Shown piece by piece: positions 39,170-52,530 of a stretch of DNA of 64,000 bases. The DNA comes from Marsupella aquatica (Eukaryota; Plantae; Marchantiophyta), in NCBI GenBank assembly GCA_973895155.1, contig OZ316891.1:12894771-12958770 (forward strand), read 5' to 3'. Position 1 is the first letter of the stretch. Every line of letters begins with the position of its first letter. The translations under genes were made by a program, and so were the position numbers. Below the pieces are notes generated by a model, which saw nothing but the letters and a program-made list of their open reading frames with translations, was not told where the DNA came from and searched no databases.

Positions 39170-40732
39170 GGGTAGGTCCCCACCCACTGTTAGGGATAGT
39201 TAGAGGACTGGGAGTTAACTACCACGAATTATAGAAAGTTAACTCTACAAAAGTTAGTTATTCCTGAAGCATTCCAGCTGGATTTTTTACCTAACTTGAA
39301 TACTAGTCTTGAGATCAAACTTCTTTGTCTGTTGATCGAGGTGAAAGATTTCAAACTTACTCTCCTCGAGGGCCTCACTCGAAAGGGGGTCTCATATCAT
39401 GCTTGACGTTTTTTGCTATTAAACACTCTAAAAAATAAGAAAGAAAAAAGATTTTTATCTATTTTTCTAACCCTATCCTTTTGGAATATTCTAAAATACT
39501 CTCAAAATTATTTCTATAACCGTATCTTTTTTCACAATTCTCAAAATTGAATAAAAAAAACCTTGATGTCTTCTACAAAAATTTAAAAGTATTATTTTCA
39601 ACCCAATAAACACACTCTATACTTACTTTCGCGTGATGGATAGTGAACATGGAGAGAAGTTCAACAGACTAAAACGACAACAAACAAAGTTATGGCATGA
39701 TGGATCCTTGGATGGATCATGCCAATGAGCCCCCACCTAATCAAATCCAGTCCATCGACTAGACCTGGTTGTTTAAAGATGAATTCTTTGGGATCAGACT
39801 AAGCCAGGGACTATTCCAAAATGAAGGAGGGAGTCAGAATGGGAGCTGGTCTGCACCAAATGCTCTTGTCACTCCCAAGCTGCCAAAGCAACTAAAATCA
39901 AAGTCACAACACCCGAGACATTTAGCGTTGTCCAATAATATAAAGAGACACGAGGAGAATATTTTGTGTTGACACTACTAGGGGCCCCACTGGAGAAAAC
40001 AGAAGAGATCAGGATCACCAAAGCACAATATTGCAGACAAGGTGGAAACGATCCAATGTTCAACACAAGGTGTGACAAGAATTGGTGCAATCCATTTGAA
40101 CAGCCATCTGGCCTCCGCATCGATTTCTGGGAAGGCAATCCGGCAATCCTCAAATCAGTGGGACGAAACCAACCATGCTTCAAAATTATTTTCATTAACA
40201 TTGCAAATCCACTGATGATCTCTAGTAGTCAAGACTATCTTCTTCTATGGCTCTGCTCTTCGAGAGCTTGCAGAGATTTTCTCCTGCCAAACAAATTTTG
40301 CACGACAATCACTTCTGCATGACAATCACTTTTTACATGGACAAAATGGGAATACAAATTCTTCATTCTTCAAACGCAAAATATTTCTTCAAGCTTCAAT
40401 GAATTCTTCCTGACACAATGGAAAAGCAATGAACGCTGACAAAAAACCCAACACAGGAGAACCCGACACGACGAGAGTCGTATATAGTGTACACTTCTGT
40501 TGGATGGATGCTGGGGTGAAAAAAGGTAACAAAAGTTAAGTGCCTTTTTTTGGCACTTAACGTTCTCGTTAACTTGTGGAGAGACTCAACCTAACTAATG
40601 GTCGTCAGAATTTATAACTACCAACTTTAACTAGGATTGCTCCGTGCACAGGTGGGAACCCTGCTCCAAGTTATCTTGGAACTTGACAGAACTACTGTAG
40701 TTACAAAGCTAGAGTCAGGTGGGAACTCACCC
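39170..40732 (+). mobile_element. Non-autonomous PIF/Harbinger-type element, family F, copy 1
   Basis: Imperfect 15-bp TIRs GGGTAGGTCCCCACC / GGTGGGAACTCACCC (12/15). TAA on both sides (39167-39169, 40733-40735). The first ~200 bp and the right end are homologous to 59241-63966. Confidence 0.65.
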
Positions 40733-41464
40733 TAACTCTACTGTAGTCTCTCCTTAGAGCTTCTACCTACTATCTACTGCACCTATCTAACTCTGGTTCA
40801 ATCTAGGCTTGCGGGGTTATGTCCAGGTAGCCCCACCCAGACACAGGCTATTGTTTTTGACTGGAAGAGTTTTGGGACCTCAAAATCTCGAAGGTGTGTG
40901 ATAGGGAAGGGTAGTCTGGAACCAGTAGTGCACAGAAATTGGAACATGATTATGCGCCGGGAGGTAGCTGAGAGGGGTAGAAAATACACTTCTATTGATC
41001 TCCTTCCAGGACGGAATATTACACTGTTATGATTGCCTGTATTCACACACCATGAAAGGCTAAATCCAATAAGCACTCTCAACGCTTTCAATGAAGTCTA
41101 GATTAGCTGTCAATAATGAATGTGTGAGTCGTTGTTCACAAATTGATCCAGCACAAATTCAGCAAACTCAATGATGTCGCGCTTGACAAACTCTTTGATC
41201 AAAATCACCAAATTGTTAAACGAGCAAAGGTTGTACATGTGGCCTTCCGGACTACTACATGGAAGAGAATACATGGAATGCTACCTCAAGACGAGAAATA
41301 TGCAATCCAGTACCTTACTTGTCCTATGTGATCAGGATTCAAATCGACGGTGCAAATAAAGTGCACAAATATATTCTCGAAGAAACTGCACGAGAAACTT
41401 GCCCAAACTTTCCTGTACTAAGGAGTTTTCTACCCCCACAAAACGAGATGGATGGAACCAATAC

Positions 41465-43252
41465 TCAATCTTTCATCCTAGAAGTTGTTACTCCGATGCA
41501 GACATCGATAAAATCAGCCTCAACGAAATCGGAGGAAAATATTTGCAAACGATCTAGCAATCCGTGCTTATTAACCTGGGAAACAAACAGCCTCGCATAG
41601 CCCCTTATCCGATTCGTTACAGGGTAAACGCACAATATAAGACTTGATATTTGAGGAGTTGCGGTATTCTCCACACGGTAGAAAACCTTCCGCACATCAT
41701 TGGTCTGTTGCTTTGCTAAATGTTCAATGTTCTTGTAGAACTTCGTTGCTGGCAAGTCCGTGTCTGTCCAGTTGTCATATATGTACCCTGAGCTGAAAAG
41801 GGGACTGCCAGGTGAGGGTGCTGGGGCAGTCTGCGGCTTCCAAATAAGAATCACTCTTTGCGGAAGGAGCTCGCGTAAAGTTTTGTCAAACACTCCCTGG
41901 TCTTGAGGTACAAGCACCTCACCTTTCATCATCTTGCAGAGAACAATCTCAGGAGAGCAAATGAATTATATGGCTGCAATCAAAGCTTCAATATGCGCTT
42001 TCCTCTCATTGTTTGGATGCTATACAGAATGTTTAAGACTGCAACGTGACGAACAGCCTTTGGGATGACTGACATTTAAGCGTGGGCTCGCCGAAGCTTG
42101 GTCAGCAAATCTATGCAAAAACTTCTTCAGGCAACTCGAAACAAACGGTCTAGACTTCGAAAGAAATGGTCTAGGAGCAGAAATCTTGTTTCGAGTTGCC
42201 TGAAGAAGTTTTTGCTCCTAGACTAATAAAAACTTGAACCTTAAGCCCAACTGAACAATTTAAGCAGACCATGAGCTATACAAGTATGCACTAATGCATG
42301 GCTGGCCTAGAACAGTTTAATAATATGTCAGGAGAGGCATTGCAACTCTAGAGCCGGTCTAGTCTTAATATGCTCAACCGATGCAGGAATTTGTGTACAG
42401 TCCCTCCCATCTAACTAGATCACAAGCTTCAGTTTCGCTACACCCCAACTGAAGAGAGAAATAGCTCAAATTCATATTTTGAAATGAATTGAAAGTCTCA
42501 ACATACCAAACTGCTGGATGAGGAATTTGTCGAAATTAGGCGGATCAGCGTGCTGGTACTCCGTCCGAAACTCAATAATGATGAACTCTGTCTTTGTTTC
42601 CCTCAAGAACCGCTTGACATCTTTGATCACAACTTCCACTTTGTACGTCCTGAAAATCGGAGGAAATCGGAGGAATTTGAATCAAAACATAAAGGTAAAA
42701 GGGAAAAGCAACAATTCCCATCATGGATCACTAAAAATCAAACCTGGAGCAATCCAATCCGCCGACAATTTTTATCCTAGCTAAACACTACTGCAGGTTC
42801 AAATGCATAGTAAGCGGTGGATCGATGGTAGACACGTCTGCTGAAAGTAGAGTGTCCTGAACTTAGGGAATTCAAGCTGTCCAGAGTCACTCTAAATTGT
42901 AGTACCTGATTATACCATGGCAGACATGACCCGATTCCTCGACCCTTATGTCGAACACTCGCACGCCCAGAACAAGTTGGTCATAGACGGAGAGGGTCTG
43001 GCATTGAGCAAACGGGCGAACCACTCCAGGAACACCAATTTTATTTGTGGCGGAATCGTGGGTTCCAGGCCAGCAGACATGCTTGACACGAACTCTGTCG
43101 AGGTCCAAGCTGGACATCCATTCCTTGCGTGCACCCGCGGAGGGGGACCAATAATCAGAGCCGGGGAAGTCCGTGCCCTCCTCATTCTGTAATGCCTTCA
43201 AGCGCGCCTTTTCGTCCAGCACTTGCTTTTCATGGGACCATCGTGCCCCCAT
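41465..43252 (-). CDS. PI-PLC X domain-containing protein (PLC-like phosphodiesterase); exons 43252-42906, 42649-42507, 41922-41465
   Basis: FPGSDY..WPGTHDSATNKIG..RPFAQCQTLSVYDQLVLGVRVFDIRV..VCHGIIR/TYKVEVVIKDVKRFL..EFRTEYQHADPPNFDKFL/GEVLVPQD..DNWTDTDLPATKF..FYRVENTATPQ..LQIFSSDFVEADFIDVCIG. Introns in phase. Confidence 0.92.
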
Positions 43253-44263
43253 TAGCGAGGAAGGCACTTACTAAGCACCTGCATTGTAGTTCAAGCGAAT
43301 GAGCAACATCAGAGACCAACCTGGAAATTGATCATTAAACGTATTCCAGAGCTAGCATAGTGACTCGGGCTCTAGGAAAGAAAACTCAAGTTTGACCGTC
43401 CGTGTCGCCGCAGAGTAAAGAAAGGGATAAAGGGAGGGGTCTCGTTTTCTTGTTCGCCCGCTGCCTTGTTAAGTGTGCTTTTAGGCCATATAGTGACAAC
43501 ACTCATCAGCTTCGATGGGCGTATCAAGAATCCGGGCATGCAGTGATCGATTTGCAGGGCACACGGCACTCCTTTTAGGGATTGACGCTCCAACGGAACC
43601 AAGATCAAGAAAGAAAAGACGGAAACGAATGGTCCAGAGGTACAGTATACTTCGACATGGTGACTTCATTCAGCTACAGTAGCTTGTAGCCTGGCCTGAG
43701 CACGAAATGCATTTGCGTTTTGTTTTTTAGATGACTCGTCTTGCAAGAGGAATTGAGGATCTCCATCAGACCACGACGCCGATGTACATCCTGCAATTAA
43801 ACGGACAGTGAGTTTCGGGCTGCGGAGGCTCTCCACCTCGAGGGTGAGAGGCTCGGCACGCAGCTACGGGCGTCTGCAATCGAAGTATTTGTTTGTTCTT
43901 GCACAGACTGGGTGGCCTGTTTCGTTTTCTTCGTATGTATGTTTTGAATCTAATCGCAATTTGTGACTTACCGGTCAAGCATGAATTCTTTTGGACCAGT
44001 TGGGATTTCAATAGTTGCATAGCAATCGCGATGAGAGGCACATTTGCATCGACGGAACCCTCTCTTGACGCGCTCGATGTTTAGTTTGAGCAGCAGTGGT
44101 TAGGAAATCGAGCAGGCCATGAAAGTTGTCCGATCGCTGAACGCCTGCACCCTTGGGTCTTTGTTGCAGCTATCGATGAACGCAATTCCTTTGCAAACTT
44201 CTAATGGATATAGACCCATAATGCTTTGTTGCTTTCCGTGGGTACAATTCCAGTAAATTTGAA

Positions 44264-44370
44264 AATGTAGGGTCCTTGTTATGTCAATTTCTTTGAAGGG
44301 CCCATCGTAATGTAGGGTCCTTGTTATGTTAATTTCTTTGAGGGGCCCATCGTAATGTAGGGTCCTTGTT
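44264..44370. repeat. 45-bp tandem repeat, ~2.4 copies
   Basis: Unit AATGTAGGGTCCTTGTTATGT.AATTTCTTTGA.GGGCCCATCGT starts at 44264, 44309 and 44354. Confidence 0.9.
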
Positions 44371-44804
44371 GGACTGTGACTCCCGTAAAGAGCGGCGTCT
44401 TCTCCTCCTTTCCATGAAAACCACGGCCAGACCGAATCGTCCGGCCGCAAAAAGCTAGAACATTGGTACCGTTCTCTCTTTGGTTGTCACTACTCAGCTG
44501 ATGAGAGGCATTCCACTAGTGACTAGTGACAACCAAAAAACCAAAGACAAGTGTCATACGTCACTAGTCAGCTAGGCAATTTCGTCCAGAACCATTCTTT
44601 CCGCTCTTTCGGCTCACACATACTCGTTACAGAATAATGAATTGTCTCGCAGGTTGTTGTGTTCGACAAAAGTTAACTTTTCTTGTCATTTGCAGGCAGA
44701 CGAATTAATGTGTGCCTCATCCTGTTTTACTCATACGTGTTCAGTCTGGTCAACGTTAGGATCTCGCAAAATTTTCACAAATAGTGGAATAATACAGGTC
44801 CAGG

Positions 44805-46145
44805 GTTGCCCCATCAGGAGGTGTTGCCCCATCAGGAGGTGGTATGGAGGTGGCTTCCGCAGTGGACACTGCCCCTTGCACGGTTCTTGGTAATTGGGCA
44901 TAGGTTGCTCTCACCTTGGCCTCGCGTTTCATTGTGGACCTTTAGCCTATCTCTGACTTGGTCATGGGAGTCGAGAACGGAGTTCTCCCGTTTCAGGTCC
45001 AGCTCCGTCATTATTGTCGGTGGACGTGCAAAGTGTCCCTGCATTTGAGAGGGTTATTTTGGACAGCCCGGATCGAGTCCAACAGGTGATCTCTGATTGC
45101 ATGCACCGACATACATTTTCTAGCATGCTTTCTGAGGCACCCTCGGATTTGGTTCGGGCACGTCTCTTATCCGGTTTGGGCGCTGGTTCGGGGGCTTGGC
45201 TATCGGCTAGTCCTCTTGGGCCCCCTTTTGTATGAGTTCTTTTATCTTTACCACATCCACGCGCCTTTTGCTGGGTCTCCCTCACCCTTGCCTTTTGGTC
45301 AGCCCACATGCATCTATGGTGCGCCCCTTGATGGGCAGGCCGTTCATATTCTCAGGTGCGATCATGGTAGTGAGAGGACTGCGCCACACGATGACATTTG
45401 GGACGTGGTGGCAGCCATTGCTCAGGACTCGGGGTACCATGTCATGATGGAGCAGAGACATGTGTTACCTCCACGGGATGGGGTTTCTGATTGTCGTCGG
45501 GCAGATTTGGTCTTCTCTCAGGCTGGAGTTTGTGCCCATGGGGATGTCGTTGTCACTGATCCGACTAGTGGGGCCAATGTGGCTTCTGCCGCCCATGTAC
45601 CTGGCCACGCCGCTGTGAGGGCAGCTCAACTTAAGGAGGAGGCCTATGCTGTGCGGTACCTTGGGGACCTCTTCTATCCGTTTGTCGTGGAGATATTTGG
45701 GGCGTTACACCCATCCTTTGACCATTTTCTTTGTTCTTGCGCGGTTCAGAACGTTGAGCAGAGGCCTTATCCCCCGATGTCTGTCATCACAACATTTTTT
45801 AGACAGAGGGTGTGTTGCGCTTCAGCGGGCGCAGGCATTCACTATTCCTTCGTAGGGGTGAGGCTGTTGGTCGTAGGGCTTCTAGTATGATTCCTTTGCT
45901 TGACCCTCCTATGCAGTTCGCATCGAAGCTATATGTACCAGGCTCTTCAGTTTGTTGATCGATAGGCTTTTGTGTCCTGGTGTTTGGGTCTATGGTAGTT
46001 CTTTGCTTCCTTGCTTTTCTTGCCTTTCTTGGCCTTTTGGTTGACCCCCTTCCCCCCCCCCCCCCCCCCTTGATTGGGTCTTTTGCCTGAGGGATCATGT
46101 CTCTTGGTTAGGCGCCCTTTGTTTTTTTGGCAGTTTGAAATATAA
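44805..46145 (+). mobile_element. 5'-truncated CRE-clade non-LTR retrotransposon (restriction-like endonuclease type), frameshifted
   Basis: Across frames: LPIR.GGMEVASAVDTAP..LGNWA, RARLLS..GSGAWLSA.P, RLLLGLPHP, C..GAPLD..HILRC (decayed zinc knuckle), (R)HDDI.D, RRADLV..GDVVVTDP..KEEAY..FYPFVVEIFG (PD-(D/E)xK endonuclease), VALQRAQA. The 3' end is approximate. Confidence 0.8.
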
Positions 46146-46693
46146 TATTTATAATCTTGAGATTGTATTGAAATCATTAAGGTCGAGTCTTCATCCCAAA
46201 ATCTTTTATCCTAGGGCCAAACTGTTGGATGCTGCCTTTACAGAGGACCTCCAATTTTTTTAACTGTCAAGTATACTGTGTGCAAAAGGATTTGGTGAAG
46301 GCTCTTGGAAGGGGATTTGTGTAGAAGTTGATGGGTGACTAAGCTTGAACTCAGTCATCATTGGAGTCATCATACACCATACAAAAGATCGTTGTTGCTA
46401 GGCTTCAATTGTTGGGATAACAAACGTCCAGCAAACTCTGAGCTTATCTGGATCCACTCACTATAGGTTGCATAAAAAAATGTGATGACATACACCCTCG
46501 TGTCTTCACCTTCTACCCGCAATGGCAAGCATGAGATAATGGGGCAGCATTGAAGGTTGGGACCGAATACACAGCAATAACCAAGTTCCAAAGAATGCTC
46601 ATCCACAATGTGAAATTTGCGTTTCAGTTAGATTGCCCTGGAGAATTGATGCATATGTTGGTGAATGAATGACACACTCAGACTGAACAATGA

Positions 46694-46890
46694 AGGACTG
46701 ATTCCTCAAAATGATTTTGTGTGTGCATTGGTTGGGTAATGATTATTGGTTTGAGCAATCTTAAATGCAAACTGATTCCTCAAAATGATTTCCTGTGTGC
46801 ATTGGTTTGGTAATGATTGTTGGTTTGAGCAATCTTAATGAGGACTGATTCCTACTAGCAACTTTGTGTGTGCATTGGTTTGTGCAATCC
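46694..46890. repeat. ~74-bp tandem repeat, 2 copies plus a partial third
   Basis: ACTGATTCCTCAAAATGATTT..TGTGTGCATTGGTT.GGTAATGATT.TTGGTTTGAGCAATCTTAA is repeated. Confidence 0.88.
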
Positions 46891-47880
46891 TTCATGTTTG
46901 TGATACTCGGCCATTTGAAACCCACTATTTGATTAGACAAGAATACTCTGGCAGACCAAGATTGCTTGACAAACCTAAACTAGCCAGACTAGCCCCTATG
47001 CTTGGGAGCATTCCATTTGCCCGCTTTGCCACCCCTTACTCTGTCCTTGCAAAGGGGATGATTGGGGATGATCAAACAAGTTTGTCCCCTTTGCCATGGC
47101 TTACCCCGTTCTGGCTAAGGGGAGGATTGTTCCTCACCATCCCTTTCCCAAGGGAGCTCTTTACCTTATAACCCTCGTCGCTAGCTTTGCAATGGGTCCA
47201 ATACCACTGGCAGATCGATCACCTAGGTTTCTTACACTACAAATCTGGGAATCCAAATAACATCTCTCCACATCCTTATAATACGATACAAACTGTCTTT
47301 CTCAAAAAAATGGATAACCCGGGGGATAACCTTTAGATAAATAGTTTGAGAAGCACTTGACAATAAGTGAGGTCATCTGCTTAAGTGTAATACATGCAAG
47401 GTTGCATATCCTATGTTCCATCAACAAGCCACCAGGAAAATAAGTATTGTCGCACAAGAGGTTATGGGACCGATTTAATACCCTTCACATAGAAGTACAA
47501 AGCACCTGAGCAATTGCAACATTGCATAAGAATCAATTTGTAGACTCTACATAGCAAAATGACTTAACAAACAAACCAATCCATTGTATACCTGTAAAGC
47601 ACTTGGGTTATCTTCCCAACAAGTGCCAAAGCCCCTTTGCCAAGCTCATGTCTAGTCTCACATACAAAACTTTGCCTTAGCCATATGTCTACGTACATTC
47701 ACTGGAATCTTGAGCTTGTTTGAATGATGCAGGTCCTCTGGTTTGTCACGCAGACAAACATCCATGCCCCGATCCATGCACAACAATCTCCTATTAGGGT
47801 TATCCAATTGCAACACCCCACCAACCTCACGTCAAGTAACTGGTGGATATTCAGGGTAACCTTCCAAGTATTCAGATGAA

Positions 47881-48585
47881 ATTAGTTTGAGTACCCCTTG
47901 GTTATGTAAGCCATGAAGAGTTATTGGAATAGATAGAGAGAGGACAAAGAGTAAATGGAGGATTCTAAATGAAGTGAATTTTAAAGGTAGTTTTGAAAAT
48001 TTCATTCAATACAAATAGGAGACTTACATGAATGGTAATCTTGAGGGTAATTATCCATGTGGAAAACATTTTCCTTAGTACAAGCTCTATGTCTATACAA
48101 TACATGTAACATTCCATATAGTTCATGCAAAATATTACTTTGTCCATAGTAGTCAAAGGGTTTCTTAAGTTACCTTGGTAAATGTTAGAGAAGTTGGAAA
48201 GTTTATTGGGTTTATTATGTTACTTTGGTAAATGTTAGAGTAATTGAAGAGTTTCTTTCTACTTGCCATTATTTTAAAAATGTGTAAATTAAATAGAAAA
48301 TTGAAACAGATTACCAATAAACATTGATATATCAATCACAACTCTCCAAAAACTATTTTCTTTCACCCCTATTTTACCCTTTTCTTTGTTTACTTGAAAT
48401 GTTACTTTTTAGTTTTACATTGTTTTAACAGTTGCATGGTCTAATTGTTTTTCTTTGTCTTGACTCAAACACAAATTTGACAATTTGGTTCTTCTTGCAT
48501 AACTAACATTTCTTGTTTGTGACAAATCATGTCTGTATGTGCATCTAAGGAAGGAACTTCTCATGGGGGTCCGTAACCAAAACCT
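47881..48585 (+). mobile_element. Helitron-like family, copy D (diverged, short)
   Basis: Its 3' end CTTCTCATGGGGGTCCGTAA and the AAACA.TGATATATCA block are shared with copy A. It is co-linear with copy E. Confidence 0.6.
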
Positions 48586-50197
48586 TGTCATCATATACTA
48601 TAAGTGAACCCAAATCTGTATGATTGTCATGCAAGACTCCTAATCTATACACGTAGCAAAACCCTGCCTAACATTGCTCTACATGCCAAACAACACACAC
48701 TCATCTCACTCACACCATAGCCAAACTCAGACATACAAATTAAAGCTCTACTTCTATCGAAGGGCTCAACTTGGAAGAATGAGCCACCAATCTTCATTCT
48801 CCAAGGTATACCCCCATCCCTTTGGCACATGACATGGTGACCTGGGTAATAGGGTCACTCCTTACCAGGTGATCCCCTCCAACAAGTCACCCCCAAACTC
48901 ACACATATATAATGCAATTAACAAATTTGCAATCATATGCAACATGGGGTGACAAGTTTGAGAAGTAGACCTAACTAGTCTAGGCATTTAAATTGAACCT
49001 CATGGCATACAAGTTCTTTAAGGAACTAGGGACGATAGGTAGTATGACACATCCCTTCATTTCCTCCTCATCCAGAGTGCTCTCCAAATTGACATTGAAT
49101 TGCATCAGTTTTTCATAGAGAGAGACTCTTTATAGCTAGGAGCTTTATAGGATAATCTATATGAAGATGTAAAACCCAATATAATTTTTTTTGACTTACA
49201 CATGAATGGGTGTCAATCAAAGCAAATAATCTTGCACCGGAATAGTGTAGCACATATTGACCACCCACATCCATAAGTTCATTCCAAGGCCACTTAAACC
49301 AGAAGAGAACACATTTTGGCAGCCACAACGTAACTTCCCACCTGGTGCTCTACGTAAAATTAACCGGTAGCACATACTATGGAAACATATGACATTACCT
49401 ACGGGAATGCCATGCAACTTCGATCAGCAGTCTAGATATGGTTTAGTGAGACCATGCAAAAGTGTAAGTACTAACAACACTACACCAGCTAGAATATCTA
49501 AAAAGTCTGTAATTTTTTGTGTGTTTGGGGAGGAAACTTCTCTCCTTTCTATGTCATTTCAATGATTTGAAAAATTACTTCTATATTTTAAAACTGGGAG
49601 AAAATGAGGAAAAAGGTGGCAGCAAGGCAATTAAATACAACATAACTGGAATTGTGAAGTAGAATAAATACTTGAGGGACAATTATTGTGTTCACTGTTG
49701 TTTTCAGGATTTTGAATTTAGAATGACACTTACACATACCTCCTAGAGTTACTGCTAAGTGGGGGATTTTTATATATTAAGCTTCATTTCAAAAGATTTT
49801 TGGTCTGGATAGAACAAGAAGTGGCAATCTAGTTTGCTTTGGTGAAAAAAGTCACAAGTTCCCCAAAGTCTTGTAAATCCACATAGTTAGCCTGAATTTT
49901 ATTGAAACTCATGAACTTTAGCCACATTTAACAATTCTTGTTTAATTAGATCATGAAATATTTGCAAGGGAAGTTAAAGCCTGGACGGATTGATACATTG
50001 TCTTTGAAGGCCCCATGGACAAGTCAAACTTGGATAGATTGAACTCAAACACAAAATGGATAGTAATGTTTCTCGTGATGTTTACAATCATGTCCACAAA
50101 GTACCTAACAGTGGCCAGATCACAATGGTTGCAAGTTTTGGTTCATCATGCCACCAACCTTCCCTGGTTCCTCCATCCCATTTTTTTAGTTAATTAA

Positions 50198-51707
50198 TCT
50201 GTGGACCCCCATGTTCATCCAAGGAAGGTGTGCGTGATGAAGTGATGTCATTTTTCAGCAAGGTGGTAACCAATGATTTTGAGTCTCCCGGTGGTCTTGG
50301 TGTGTGCTCGTACAAAAGAGAACGCTCAAAAGATATAGGATATCGATCTGGTTGAGATGATATATCTGGTTTATCAAACGGAAGGGTGAATGTGGAGGAA
50401 TTGATTTTTTTGACGGTTTTTTCTTACACATTGGAGAAATTGTGTTTCTACCATTCCTGATTGATCATTTGTGAGTTACGTTGAGCATTATTGTCACAAG
50501 ACAAATTGGAAGACAACACTCAGTTGTTGGCAAAAGAGTGCTTGTCATTTCGGTGGAAAGAACACACAAAACGGACGAGCTATCACTTCATATGAAGGTT
50601 TTATAGTTTTTTATTTAAGAAAGCTATGGTGTGAGGGGGAGACCAACGAGTGTTTCTTTGACATAGAGGCTGCATTTGGCGTCAACTTGCATTTAGATTG
50701 AGCTTCAGTTGAAGACTAGAGGGATGCAAACAATTCAAGTCAGGAAGCAAACATTGTGGACAAGCAATCAAAGAAATCAATTTGCAGCGGCTAAGTTTGT
50801 GACAGTCACGAGATTGTTTTATCTCTTAATTGGGAAAAGAATCTCCAATGAGCCTCAGATTGACAAATTTTGTCAAGTTCCAATTGCGTTTTTGAATTTC
50901 TCTGCCTTTCCAATCAGTGTGATAATAAAAAAAATTGATCCTGAGTTTATGAATCCTTTTAGCTTTCCAACACTGAGTCCAACATTGACAAATTTCATTT
51001 CAGATTTTGTCAAGATACTAAAGAGATCATGAGGTTTTCAATCTCTCTAGCTTCTAATGTGTGACATTGAGAGTATTTGTAAAGAATTAGAGAGATCATG
51101 AGTATACAAATTTCTCTAGCTTTCCAATGAACCTAACATTGATAGATTTTATCAAGTACTAAGGAGATGATGAGTTTCTAATTTTACTCTAGTTTTCCAA
51201 TGGGTGTGACATTGATAGATTTTATCAAGACAGTACTAAAGAGGTCACAAGTTTTTAAATCTTGATCTTGAACTTTCCAATGAATCAAACATTGACAGAT
51301 TTCATCAAGTACTAAGGAGATTGATTATTTTTAGTTTTGCAATGTGGAGCCAACATAGGGGTTCTAACTATGTACATTTTTATCGATTGGTTTTTTCAAA
51401 GTTGCAAACAATTAAAAAATACAAGTATTTTGATGTAAAACACTGATATATCATTGGCAAACATCATCAAAGTGGTAACTTTATTTTACTACATGACATC
51501 TGCTCCTTTGTATTTATTTATTTTTACGCTTTTAAATACTTACGGCATGGCGCCCCAAAAATTACAATGCTCTTGCCACAAACATGAATGTGTACTTTTG
51601 TTCCTGTCAAAAATAAGATCTTTCCTGTTTGTGGTTGATTTTGCTGATGTGGCACAACCTCGTGATAGGGAATTTGCAAGGGACCTCTCATGGGGGTCCG
51701 TAAATAG
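50198..51707 (+). mobile_element. Helitron-like non-autonomous element, copy A (1.5 kb) with internal minisatellite
   Basis: Starts A|TC TGTGGACCCCCATG and ends with hairpin GGACCTCTCATGGGGGTCC + GTAAATAG. No TSD. Co-linear along its full length with 60215-61695. About 8 degenerate 60-75-bp units at 50840-51330. Confidence 0.7.
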
Positions 51708-51902
51708 GAAGAAACAATAAAGTTTAGGTCCGTAAGCACCTTACCAGACCACTACACTAAACGGAACTACAAGTAGAGTGAGAGTTTCACATTTTACTCA
51801 AAACATGCTCAAGTAATTTGCTCAATGGTTGAAAACAAAATGAGCTCAATTTCACAATGACATTGCAGTTTTCCTACTGTACATTCCCTTGAGATTCTAG
51901 GA

Positions 51903-52454
51903 GACAGCATTTTACTAAATAGCCCCCCAAACTCATCCTTATCACAAATCCACCCCCAAAACTAAATTATTTCTTAGGCTGCCCCCTCAAACTGTTTTGT
52001 GTTACTTTAAACCCAAATACTCGACCACACTATGTTCCCATTGGCTGTCAAGTAACCAAAGCCAACTACCTAAAGTGAAGCTAACCTTCATCCACTTTCA
52101 TGCAGTCCATAGCCTTGTTGGGGCCTAAGGTGCAATGCCACCATCGGGCCTGAAGTGCGTTGCAACCATCCAGGCCCAACTTGGACCCAACTCATACCGG
52201 GGCCCAAGTCGCAGCCCTCGTTTTCTTCAAAAAACAGCACCAAAATGTTGGCATTTTTTTGAGCTTTAATAGTTCAGGGTCAAACAATGAATATGAAGGG
52301 CCCCGACAATGGGAGGGGAGGGATCGGGCGACTCTGGTTGCTTGACAGCCAATGGGAACATAGTTGTGGTCAACTAGTTGAATTAAAAATAAAAGGATAT
52401 AGTTTGGGGAGGCAATATACTAAATAATTTAGTTTTGGGGGGTAGTTTAGTAAA
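51903..52454. mobile_element. Mutator-like MITE with >100-bp TIRs
   Basis: CCCCCAAAACTAAATTATTT..CTATGTTCCCATTGGCTGTCAAG.AACCA pairs with TGGTTGCTTGACAGCCAATGGGAACATAG..AAATAATTTAGTTTTGGGG. 9-bp direct repeat ATTCTAGGA at 51894-51902 and 52455-52463. Confidence 0.78.
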
Positions 52455-52530
52455 ATTCTAGGAAATTGACATTCTGCCATGACTTGCATGAGCACAATTG
52501 TGAAATCTTGTTTTTTGAGAGTGGTACTCG

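Noticed and set aside
44498-44560. CTGATGAG motif as a possible hammerhead ribozyme (also checked near 32313 and 43501)
   Set aside because: No stem II followed by GAAA and no closing helices.
46866-47860. Possible further LINE relic
   Set aside because: No diagnostic motif could be read with confidence.
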